From sequence record OR427838.1: a stretch of 64,000 bases of DNA. One strand, 5' to 3'. Of the stretch, positions 21,991 through 30,044 are shown one piece after another (positions within the stretch are counted from its first letter, which is position 1; every line of letters starts with the position of its first letter). The notes under the pieces were generated by a model. The model was not told where the DNA came from. It saw only the letters and a list, made by a program, of their open reading frames with translations, and made no database searches. The translations under genes and the position numbers were made by a program. The stretch comes from Escherichia phage fDHCT2.

Positions 21991-22275
21991 TTAGCTACCA
22001 GATTGTTCATCACGTAATTTCCTTAATTGATATTCAAGAGAGCTAATAATTTCTTTATTAGTCGCAATATACATATCACGTAGGAACGGCTTCAACCCTT
22101 CCATATTCCCATGAATTGTCTTGGAACTAATATTCTTTATATATTCATGGTCTAATGCATCCCAAGCCGGTTGGTTGACATAAGTTCCCCAATTGTCTTC
22201 CACCGTGACATTCAGTCGTTTAACATGGTTAATATAGGCTTCGATTGCATCAATCTGGAGTTGTTTAAGATTCAT
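21991..22275 (-). CDS. Hypothetical protein
   Basis: 94-aa ORF in asiA-motA interval. Confidence 0.45.
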   Translation of the reverse strand: MNLKQLQIDAIEAYINHVKRLNVTVEDNWGTYVNQPAWDALDHEYIKNISSKTIHGNMEGLKPFLRDMYIATNKEIISSLEYQLRKLRDEQSGS

Positions 22276-22772
22276 TAGTAAAGGTCCTCAGAGTAAAGTT
22301 CTTTTTCACTACCACCACGTTCAATACGAACCTGATTAGCATACGTTGCAATAATCATTGCTTCTTCGCGAGTCCAATAATTTGAGTATTGGTCGATAAA
22401 TCCTTGGTCATCACCGCAGACGTGCTCGGATACAAGTTTATCACTTACCTGGTCAAGCACTTCTGCCATATCTTTAGAATAATGACGAGCTCCTGGAATA
22501 ACCAATGTCCCACCGTCTTTTAACTTAAAACGGTTGGCCGCGCATACAATTCGACGTTGGTATTTTTCATTGTTGTTCCAATAGGCAATCTGCCAACAGA
22601 TTTCTGGGACTTCATTCAAAACATCCTCTTCTGTATATTCGGTGTAATCGCCATAGGCCTGTAATTTAGCTGCTAGACTTTCAGGCGTCTCGCGAGAAAG
22701 AGCTTTATCTAACAAGGCCATTCGGTCTTTGAAGGATAATTCTTTACCTTTTAATGGATTCATTTGAACCAT
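22275..22772 (-). CDS. Hypothetical protein
   Basis: 165-aa ORF; start/stop overlap with neighbours. Confidence 0.5.
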   Translation of the reverse strand: MVQMNPLKGKELSFKDRMALLDKALSRETPESLAAKLQAYGDYTEYTEEDVLNEVPEICWQIAYWNNNEKYQRRIVCAANRFKLKDGGTLVIPGARHYSKDMAEVLDQVSDKLVSEHVCGDDQGFIDQYSNYWTREEAMIIATYANQVRIERGGSEKELYSEDLY

Positions 22773-23089
22773 CCTTTAACACGTTGCCAGAGGCTTTTCT
22801 GTTGGGCTTTATTAACACCAATTGAACGAATAACCGGCTGTGATTCCTGGTATTCTTTGTAGTCGGCTTTATAGACTTCATAAGCGGCTGGAACAAAGGT
22901 GCTGATTGCTGCCATAAAGTTCTTACGAATTCCCATAGAAGCTTCAGAACCGCCACGGATGATTAAGTATTTACCCGCTTTAATCTTAACAATAGTGCCG
23001 AGATAAGCGCCATGGTACCAAATATCCCAACCTTCTTGAGTAGGTTCTGCACAACGACGAAGTTCATTAACAATATTCAGCTTGTTCAT
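22760..23089 (-). CDS. Hypothetical protein
   Basis: 109-aa ORF. Confidence 0.5.
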   Translation of the reverse strand: MNKLNIVNELRRCAEPTQEGWDIWYHGAYLGTIVKIKAGKYLIIRGGSEASMGIRKNFMAAISTFVPAAYEVYKADYKEYQESQPVIRSIGVNKAQQKSLWQRVKGWFK

Positions 23090-23107
23090 AATAATTTCCT
23101 CAGTCAG

Positions 23108-23740
23108 TTAAATTGCGTTGGTTACGGTTTTGATAACTTCAGATGATACGTTTTGGAAGTCGATATAAGTATTCTTACCACCGGTCTTAATCTTAACATC
23201 AAGGTTCAAGGAAGTAAACACTTGTTTTTCTTTATCAGTCATATTATAACCGAAGATACGCATCATTCCATCACGACGGACTTCGATTTGACGAATACCG
23301 TTGGTACGTTTAGCGAATCGAACTTCAAGATTGCTACGGTTTTCAGCGATTTCACGAATCTCTATACGGTCTTCTAACAAAGATTTAACTTCATCCGCCA
23401 ATACCACCATTTCAGGAGTAACACCACGTGAACTACGCGTTTTACGTTTTTCCAACATCTCTGGAGCATTTTCAGAAGCGAACAGGTCAGCAGCTTTTTG
23501 AACTAGGTCCATTGCTTCACCTGTAGCCACCAGACCATCACCAGATTTTTCGATAAATCCTTTCTTAATCAATACACCGATATTAGAGTTAACTACAGCA
23601 GCACTAAATTGCTCACTCAGGGCTTCACGGACTTCGCCTGAAGTGATGAAGTTATGCTTGATGATATGTACTAAGATTGAAGCCGTTTTTTCATTCAGGG
23701 CGTCTTCAGAAGCTTTGATGATATAAGTAATTTTAGACAT
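23108..23740 (-). CDS. motA: Middle transcription activator MotA
   Basis: Start refined to ATG 23740 (MSKITYIIKAS...); colinear with remembered T4 MotA (NSNIGVLIKKG, EKSGDGL, KRTNGIR). Confidence 0.85.
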   Translation of the reverse strand: MSKITYIIKASEDALNEKTASILVHIIKHNFITSGEVREALSEQFSAAVVNSNIGVLIKKGFIEKSGDGLVATGEAMDLVQKAADLFASENAPEMLEKRKTRSSRGVTPEMVVLADEVKSLLEDRIEIREIAENRSNLEVRFAKRTNGIRQIEVRRDGMMRIFGYNMTDKEKQVFTSLNLDVKIKTGGKNTYIDFQNVSSEVIKTVTNAI

Positions 23741-23763
23741 TTTAATCTCCGATAACCATTTAT

Positions 23764-23803
23764 TTGATAGGTCTATAGTATCATGTTTAAAGCAGAAGTA
23801 AAC
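23764..23803 (-). promoter_or_regulatory. Early-type promoter element upstream of motA
   Basis: GTTTAC-N17-TGA-TACTAT-AGACCTATCAAAT; spacer contains TGCTTTA. Confidence 0.55.
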
Positions 23804-23822
23804 ACTTTTTTGCACTAAACCC

Positions 23823-23846
23823 AAAAAAGGAACCCGAAGGTTCCTT
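23823..23846 (-). terminator. Rho-independent terminator downstream of gene 52
   Basis: GGAACC-UUCG-GGUUCC hairpin plus U6 on minus strand. Confidence 0.6.
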
Positions 23847-23949
23847 ACTTTTTAAAGTGGGCTGCTATTAAACCTATAGCTAAGCCTGTTGCCAGGCCTA
23901 GGATAACAGCAAAGATACAGAGTAACAAGAACTCGACTCCAAGGCTCAT
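23845..23949 (-). CDS. Putative 34-aa membrane peptide (not in ORF track)
   Basis: ATG overlaps gene 52 stop (ATGA); fully hydrophobic MSLGVEFLLLCIFAVILGLATGLAIGLIAAHFKK. Confidence 0.3.
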   Translation of the reverse strand: MSLGVEFLLLCIFAVILGLATGLAIGLIAAHFKK

Positions 23950-25325
23950 AGAGCCTCCAAATCTTTAACATACTCAGTTACAACATCAGTGGTTTTCCAG
24001 TATTGATGCTCTTCTTTCTTGGCCTTGGCTTCCAAAGCCAGTTTCTTAGCTTCATCAGACGTGATATGGAAAATGTTCATTGCTACGAGTTTATCAGCAT
24101 ATTCGCCATAGACTTTATTGCCGGCCAATTCTTCGGTTAAAACCTTACGGGTCTTACCTTGGATAACCACTACACCATCAATAACATCTTTAATGAATGT
24201 AGCTTTAGCTAGGGCCAGTTTGAAAGCTTCTTCGGTTTCGATGATTTTACCATCAATACGTTTTTGTACAAAGGTCTTACGGACCTCAACGAAATCACGA
24301 ATCAGTTCAACTGCATCTTCGTAAACCTTAAGTTTACCTTTCTCATTAATGACAGTCAGGTTTTGTGAACGGCGTTCGATTAACCCGAAGTCCTTCATGA
24401 TTTTTTCATGCTTCTTGTTTTCTTCGGTAGGCAATTCATATTCTTTACGAATCTTAACCTTGAAGCCGAAACCGTTCTCGTCACAGTCATCGTCATACGT
24501 GATATACCCTTTGTCTTCCAGAGGGTCCAAGACCTTGGCCACATATGTTTCACGGTCGTATTTGTACGGGATTTCCGTGATATGCATTTGGGTTCGGGAT
24601 GTGAACTTATATGTTCCACGAATCTCATAACTTCCAGGTTCAATCTCAACAACATCACCACGGAATTCAGGATAAGCCACTTTAGGTTTGGTTACGCGTT
24701 TTTCCTGAAGAACTTGCAATACAGCTTTCTTAACAGAATCAAAACTATGAGGAAGAATATTAGTTGCATAACCAGTTGCAATACCGGAAACGCCATTAAG
24801 AAGAACAGTAGGAATAATAGGCAGATAAAAAGCCGGTGGCTTATGTTCGACATCCGCATGAACCGGAGCATATTCTGTGTCCTTATAAACTTTTGCAAAG
24901 TTACTTCCAATACGAGCAAAAATATAACGAGAGGCTGCCGCCTTTTGAACCAAACGAGAACCAAAGTTACCCTGGCCATCCAACAGTGGGAAGTTGTTGT
25001 TCCATGTGTTAGCCATCAAAGCCCCTGCTTCCTGAGCAGAACCTTCACCATGGTGATATCCAAGGTCGGCTACGCCACCAGCGATAGAAGCCAGTTTGTG
25101 GAATTTTTCTTTATTACCACGAGCCATATCAAGACAACGAGCAACTACAAAACGTTGTACAGGTTTAAAGCCGTCAATCATATTTGGAATGGCACGGTTT
25201 TCGACAGTATACATTGCATAAGCCAATGCTTCGTTGTCGATAATACTTTTTAAGTCGCGAGGAGTAAAAGTATCGTCGTAAACATCTAAAGCCTGTTTAA
25301 AAAGGGTATCAATTACATCAGCCAT
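23946..25325 (-). CDS. 52: DNA topoisomerase II medium subunit gp52 (GyrA-like)
   Basis: 459 aa; GyrA N-terminal blocks incl. AAMRYTE-like ASRYIFARI and active-site region. Confidence 0.9.
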   Translation of the reverse strand: MADVIDTLFKQALDVYDDTFTPRDLKSIIDNEALAYAMYTVENRAIPNMIDGFKPVQRFVVARCLDMARGNKEKFHKLASIAGGVADLGYHHGEGSAQEAGALMANTWNNNFPLLDGQGNFGSRLVQKAAASRYIFARIGSNFAKVYKDTEYAPVHADVEHKPPAFYLPIIPTVLLNGVSGIATGYATNILPHSFDSVKKAVLQVLQEKRVTKPKVAYPEFRGDVVEIEPGSYEIRGTYKFTSRTQMHITEIPYKYDRETYVAKVLDPLEDKGYITYDDDCDENGFGFKVKIRKEYELPTEENKKHEKIMKDFGLIERRSQNLTVINEKGKLKVYEDAVELIRDFVEVRKTFVQKRIDGKIIETEEAFKLALAKATFIKDVIDGVVVIQGKTRKVLTEELAGNKVYGEYADKLVAMNIFHITSDEAKKLALEAKAKKEEHQYWKTTDVVTEYVKDLEAL

Positions 25326-25329
25326 AATT

Positions 25330-25470
25330 TTACCATACTAGTGAATGAATAGCCATAATAACATCGGAAATAAAAAGCACAACTTGGATAAGTCCGAACA
25401 TTACTCCATAATACAGCGCTACTAATAAAGCAGCAAGGGCTAACGAGTAGCCCAAGATTTTCTTAATCAT
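25330..25470 (-). CDS. Small membrane protein (start refined to internal ATG)
   Basis: Hydrophobic 46 aa; ATG overlaps stop of upstream peptide gene. Confidence 0.4.
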   Translation of the reverse strand: MIKKILGYSLALAALLVALYYGVMFGLIQVVLFISDVIMAIHSLVW

Positions 25471-25624
25471 TTTTAATCGTCTTAAGTAAACCGACGGAAG
25501 TAGAAAGAATCCAGCCAATAAACAGAAAACTTAAGAATAGCGTACCCGGGGTCCACACGCCTAAAAAGAAGCAAACCGAACAGACTATAGCCATAATAAG
25601 TTCAATAAAAACTAGGATAACCAT
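25463..25624 (-). CDS. Small membrane protein (53 aa, not in ORF track)
   Basis: GAGGA SD 5 nt upstream of ATG; two predicted TM helices. Confidence 0.35.
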   Translation of the reverse strand: MVILVFIELIMAIVCSVCFFLGVWTPGTLFLSFLFIGWILSTSVGLLKTIKND

Positions 25625-25711
25625 ATTTTCCTCATTAGCGTCCGAAGACGCCTTTAGTTTTAAGATTGTTACGATAGAACTGCATCACATGTTCGTTATG
25701 GAAATTACTCA

Positions 25712-26161
25712 TTAGTAAGCCTGCAGAACGAATTTGAAGTTATCAGCCAACATACGGTTCATTTCTTCCAGTGTCTGGAAGTCGGAACTATGATTGCGAG
25801 TGAAAGCCATTGCAATTTGACCCTTACCAAAACCTGTAGTCAGAGGTTTCATTTTAGAAGCTGGTACATAAAGAACTTCATACACAACACCATTCACTGC
25901 CATAGTACGAGCTGATTGGGAACGTTTCTTACGAATGTTAGCCACGATACCATCAAGACCTTGAGCAGAACGTTGATTACCGACATAAAAACGAGCAGCT
26001 ACGACACGAGAATCAGCGCCACCTTTAACAAAGAAGTAGAAGCCTGGCTGAGCAGAGATTTCTTTAGAAGGTTTACCATTTTGGTATTCACCATTCTTAA
26101 CATAAGCAACAGTGGTAGCACCAGCAGACAGAACGTTACGGCGAGTCATATAAGTATTCAT
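25712..26161 (-). CDS. Hypothetical protein (identity not resolved; could correspond to a T4 ndd-region gene)
   Basis: 149-aa ORF. Confidence 0.5.
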
Positions 26162-26238
26162 ATCAATTTCCTCAGTAGATTAATGTTTTGTTATCCAGTC
26201 AACGAGAACCATTATAACACGATTCTCGAGGTTGTAAA

Positions 26239-26583
26239 CTATTTTTGTAGCTGTTCTAAAATAAATCCGCTCGTATAAAAGGAAGCATTATAAACCTTAT
26301 TCAGTGGGTGCAAAGCACGTCCGTATGTATCACGCAATTCTTTGATAACATTTTCATAGCTCACATAGTAAGCACTACGATAGTCCGGGTCCATGCTCAT
26401 ACGGAATTTGATGAACCGATAAAAGCCTGTTTCCGGATCTTGAACGAAAACGAAATCCGCGCTTGCCATAGTTTTTGGATTTACGCCTGGAATCATACTT
26501 TGATTGAATGATACCGTTGCCTCCTGAAGGCTGAGTTGTTTAAAGAACATAACTTTAGAGTTACCAAAAAATACTTTAGACAT
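26239..26583 (-). CDS. Hypothetical protein (start refined to ATG 26583 with AAGGAAA SD)
   Basis: Track ORF 26239..26607. Confidence 0.5.
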   Translation of the reverse strand: MSKVFFGNSKVMFFKQLSLQEATVSFNQSMIPGVNPKTMASADFVFVQDPETGFYRFIKFRMSMDPDYRSAYYVSYENVIKELRDTYGRALHPLNKVYNASFYTSGFILEQLQK

Positions 26584-26593
26584 GATATTTTCC

Positions 26594-26806
26594 TTATTCA
26601 GCGTCAACAGAAATAGCCATCAGTTCATCAACGGTAAGACATTGTACACTTGGCCCTACACAAAAGCGCTTAGTTGAATCATAGAGGTCTGTAGCATTTA
26701 CAGGCTGCAATTCAGTACCAACTTGCAAAGGAGAAATGCGAATCAATTGTTGCCCATTATGTAATACAAAGCTCTCACCAACTGCGACATCTTTAAAAAG
26801 TTTCAT
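26594..26806 (-). CDS. Hypothetical protein (start refined to ATG 26806 with GAGGA SD)
   Basis: Track ORF 26594..26848. Confidence 0.45.
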   Translation of the reverse strand: MKLFKDVAVGESFVLHNGQQLIRISPLQVGTELQPVNATDLYDSTKRFCVGPSVQCLTVDELMAISVDAE

Positions 26807-26816
26807 AATATTTTCC

Positions 26817-26927
26817 TCAGAAGTTAAAGAATACACGTACATGGTCAATCATAAAAACTATTGGGAAAATGCTCAATACTACTAACAACACAAACATGTT
26901 CCAAATTGCTTTAAGTAAGTTTTTCAT
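26817..26927 (-). CDS. Putative 36-aa membrane peptide (not in ORF track)
   Basis: GGAG SD; hydrophobic MKNLLKAIWNMFVLLVVLSIFPIVFMIDH...; directly downstream of early promoter element. Confidence 0.3.
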   Translation of the reverse strand: MKNLLKAIWNMFVLLVVLSIFPIVFMIDHVRVFFNF

Positions 26928-26941
26928 AATCATCTCCATTA

Positions 26942-26982
26942 GTTGATAGGTCTATAATATCATGTCTAATGGAGATGTAAAC
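26942..26982 (-). promoter_or_regulatory. Early-type promoter element
   Basis: GTTTAC-N17-TGA-TATTAT-AGACCTATCAACTA. Confidence 0.5.
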
Positions 26983-27072
26983 TGATTTATGCCAATTTCC
27001 ACAACAATAAACTAAAACATACACAAATCACCGGGATACAGGTCAACCAAATAAGGCACCACATTTTGCTGC

Positions 27073-27333
27073 TCAAAACACCACCTCTTTAATTTCCATA
27101 AACCCATCATTCAGTGCATGGCGGAGTTCATAATGGATATCTATACCATCGACATTATCTAATTTACCGTCGATAAGTTTTTGTAAATCTTTTTTTGACG
27201 CTATCAAAGGACGAAGAAATCTACAATTAGAAAGGGATAATTCCGTAATAACATCTTCACCTGAGGCATCGTACATTGCGGCAACAACTTTACCTGTAAC
27301 TTTGTGTTTAGCGTAATATAATTTGATATTCAC
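27073..27333 (-). CDS. Hypothetical protein, tandem paralog A
   Basis: 86 aa; N-terminus M.IKLYYAKHKVTG shared with adjacent gene. Confidence 0.5.
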   Translation of the reverse strand: MNIKLYYAKHKVTGKVVAAMYDASGEDVITELSLSNCRFLRPLIASKKDLQKLIDGKLDNVDGIDIHYELRHALNDGFMEIKEVVF

Positions 27334-27593
27334 AATTCCACCTCAATGATTTCAAGTTGATTTTCTTTGATAGCTTTCTTGATACAATTATTCACAATAT
27401 TATCCCAAGAATCGTTTAGCTCGCCCTTCGCCATACGTTGAAGATGCTCTTTTGTGGACAAATAAGGCTGGTCTGAATCCCATCTAGATAAGAACAATGA
27501 AGTAAAAGTATCACCTTGGTTATTGGATGAAGTTGTAAATGCAATAAACTCCCCAGTAACTTTATGCTTAATATAATAAAATTTAAATTTCAT
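27330..27593 (-). CDS. Hypothetical protein, tandem paralog B
   Basis: 87 aa; MKFKFYYIKHKVTG; ATGA overlap with paralog A. Confidence 0.5.
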   Translation of the reverse strand: MKFKFYYIKHKVTGEFIAFTTSSNNQGDTFTSLFLSRWDSDQPYLSTKEHLQRMAKGELNDSWDNIVNNCIKKAIKENQLEIIEVEL

Positions 27594-27616
27594 TTTGTTT
27601 CTCCAGTTTGGTAACT

Positions 27617-27660
27617 CAGTATGGAATCATTATACATAGACTCCATACTGATGTACACTA
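27617..27660 (-). promoter_or_regulatory. Candidate promoter with -10 embedded in a 9-bp inverted repeat
   Basis: cagtatgga...tccatactg flanking TGTATAAT on minus strand. Confidence 0.3.
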
Positions 27661-27668
27661 CTTTTTAA

Positions 27669-27928
27669 TTAATTGTGCATTTGTTCTTTAACTTCTTTAT
27701 ATGCACCAACTGCATTCACGACCCCAGTAAAATCTGCTGTTCCGCGATAGAGATAGAAAGCAATTTCAGTCAGGTGATAGACTTCAAATTCTGAAAGATA
27801 AACGATAACGTCATAATATGCAACTTGACCCTGGACTTCGTTGAATGCTACATCAAAAATTTCATGGGTCGGAAAATTGATGCTTGAATAAGAATTTGTT
27901 TGATGTTTTGAGTAGTAACTTGTTCCAT
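27669..27928 (-). pseudogene. Small gene apparently split by a frameshift near a 5-nt homopolymer (27855-27859)
   Basis: ATG 27928 with GAGGA SD opens a 26-codon frame ending 27848; adjacent frame is open for about 90 codons to stop at 27669 but has no start codon. Confidence 0.35.
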
Positions 27929-27975
27929 GATAATGTCCTCATTTGTTGGTGTAAGGACATTATTACATGGTTGGT

Positions 27976-28569
27976 TCAGCTTGTAAACCGGTGATAGGGA
28001 AATTTTTCTTCTGAACAAGAACGGAGGTACCAACCATCCCCTTGTGACTTCTGCACAAAACCAGACTCAGGAACGAAAGCCCCAGGTCCAGCAAGGAATT
28101 TTGGTTTAAATCTATAGCCTTTGAGAGTCTCTTTTACATCGAACATAATCATAAGGTCAGCAAGCTTGTGTTGCATAAAAGGACCAAGATTGACCCCGTA
28201 ACCATGCGGATAATCACCCTGGTGACCAGTATGCACGGATATCCATTTGGAACCAGACTGATGAGTCTTGACTTCAATTCTTACGCCTTCCTTCGAAACT
28301 ACATCAAATGCAAAGGAATAAGGATTATCGTAATCTTCATCGCCACCACATAAAAAACCGGAGGTCCATTTAGCAATAGCTTGTTCAGCCATTGTAGCCA
28401 CCATACATCTTTGCATGACTTGCTCACGGTCCTGACCAGGGTCTTTACGCAATGAATACCTGGCAGTGTCTACAATCTTTTGCAGGGATTCGGGTGTTAA
28501 GTCTTCCTTTGTATAAAGAAAGGAGGGCATCTTTTTCAGATGCTCCCATGTTTTACTCTTCTGAATCAT
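27976..28569 (-). CDS. Hypothetical protein
   Basis: 197-aa ORF downstream of rIIB region. Confidence 0.5.
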   Translation of the reverse strand: MIQKSKTWEHLKKMPSFLYTKEDLTPESLQKIVDTARYSLRKDPGQDREQVMQRCMVATMAEQAIAKWTSGFLCGGDEDYDNPYSFAFDVVSKEGVRIEVKTHQSGSKWISVHTGHQGDYPHGYGVNLGPFMQHKLADLMIMFDVKETLKGYRFKPKFLAGPGAFVPESGFVQKSQGDGWYLRSCSEEKFPYHRFTS

Positions 28570-28822
28570 CTTTTACCTCATCGATACCGACGATTCCCCG
28601 GATATGAAGCTCGCCATAGTACAAACGGTCATTATCATCAAATGTATCAGAATCCGGGTCAGGGAATTCCCCAACAACTACTTCATCACATTCCAACCAG
28701 CCATAGTGAACATCACCTTCATGCTTGATGAGCTTACCGCAGTAAACTATTCCTGCATAATGGTGACCCCGGAGATTTGAAACTTTGATGCCACGGTCTG
28801 ACACATTGAAATGCTTAATCAT
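28553..28822 (-). CDS. Hypothetical protein
   Basis: 89-aa ORF. Confidence 0.45.
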   Translation of the reverse strand: MIKHFNVSDRGIKVSNLRGHHYAGIVYCGKLIKHEGDVHYGWLECDEVVVGEFPDPDSDTFDDNDRLYYGELHIRGIVGIDEVKDDSEE

Positions 28823-28825
28823 AAT

Positions 28826-29023
28826 TTATTCACCAAAATAAGAGATACGAGTTGCCAGTACATGAGCATAAGCGCCCATCGCATCCAACTGGGCAATCAG
28901 TAACCCTTGTTGACGGATATCAAGAGTTTCAAAAACACCACCTTTAATAAACTCTTCAAGAGCATTAATTTTCAGGACCAGTTGGTCGTATTCTTCAATT
29001 ACACGTGCTTGGAAACCTAACAT
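28826..29023 (-). CDS. Hypothetical protein
   Basis: 65-aa ORF; GAGGAA SD; hairpin just upstream. Confidence 0.45.
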   Translation of the reverse strand: MLGFQARVIEEYDQLVLKINALEEFIKGGVFETLDIRQQGLLIAQLDAMGAYAHVLATRISYFGE

Positions 29024-29061
29024 AATTCCTCATTAGGAGGCCGAAGCCTCCGTTTATTGAT

Positions 29062-30030
29062 TTAGTATTTGTATTCGTTTGCGAACTGTTCAGTGACGTC
29101 TTCTAGAACTTCATAATAACATACACGCATTTTAGCATCACCGTAATCGACCGGAATACTAACAACATCACGTGGGTTAACTTTACACGAAACTACTTTA
29201 CAGCTTGAGTTACCAAAATGCCTGATATAGCTACGAGAGCAAACATGCAGACCTGTTGAACAAGTTACTTCGTCGTCATCATTTACACGCGAACGAGGCA
29301 TTTTAACTGGCTTACCTGGCGAGTTATCAAACGTGCCGGTACGGCAGTCGGTGTAATCGGAGTTAACTACCTTCCACGTAATAAAGTGGCCATCTTCAGT
29401 GATTTTGATATCGTTTGCAACCAGGAAGTCGAACAGACGCTGTACAGCTTTTTCGCTTGGGTTTTCTAACAGATTCTCAAGGAACGGCAGGTAGAATTCG
29501 AAGTCTTCACCATTTTCCATTGAGGTGATAATACGGTCAATCAACCCTGAACGCAATTCGATACCTTGATAAACCAGACGTCCACCTTCAATACGAACGT
29601 TACCTTTAACGAAAGCCTTAACAGCTTCTTTAATGGAAATCAGTTTAATCGCATCATCGAAACGAGATTCTTTAAGAGCCTGTACGATGGCATCAAAATG
29701 TTTGTTCTTATTAGTGGTATTCCATACTGTACGACCTTCAGTGATGGATACGAATTTAGAACTCGCATTCCAAATAATTTCAGGACGAGAACCACCAATA
29801 GTAGCTTCAACAGGAACTACACGAGGCTCGTTAGGAACTGTTACTTTGATATTTCCGGTAATAACCACTTGCGAACGTTTAGCTTCTTCAGCATTTTTCA
29901 GGACTTTACGAATGGTATCAACCGAAACACCATACCAGTCAGCTAGTTCTTGCTGGGTATAATTACCAGATTTATAGAGGGAAACTACTTTCTCTTGTTC
30001 AGATTTAGCCAGGCACTTAATATTGTACAT
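29062..30030 (-). CDS. rIIB: rIIB membrane-associated protein
   Basis: 322 aa; near-colinear with remembered T4 rIIB (MYNIKCL, GNYTQQELADW, FEFY.PFLENLLENPS). Confidence 0.88.
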   Translation of the reverse strand: MYNIKCLAKSEQEKVVSLYKSGNYTQQELADWYGVSVDTIRKVLKNAEEAKRSQVVITGNIKVTVPNEPRVVPVEATIGGSRPEIIWNASSKFVSITEGRTVWNTTNKNKHFDAIVQALKESRFDDAIKLISIKEAVKAFVKGNVRIEGGRLVYQGIELRSGLIDRIITSMENGEDFEFYLPFLENLLENPSEKAVQRLFDFLVANDIKITEDGHFITWKVVNSDYTDCRTGTFDNSPGKPVKMPRSRVNDDDEVTCSTGLHVCSRSYIRHFGNSSCKVVSCKVNPRDVVSIPVDYGDAKMRVCYYEVLEDVTEQFANEYKY

Positions 30031-30044
30031 AATATTTCCTTAGA

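Noticed and set aside
22744-22956. 70-aa ORF overlapping 22760..23089
   Set aside because: Different frame within a better-supported 109-aa gene
24408-25253. 281-aa plus-strand ORF
   Set aside because: Antisense to gene 52; low-complexity, no RBS
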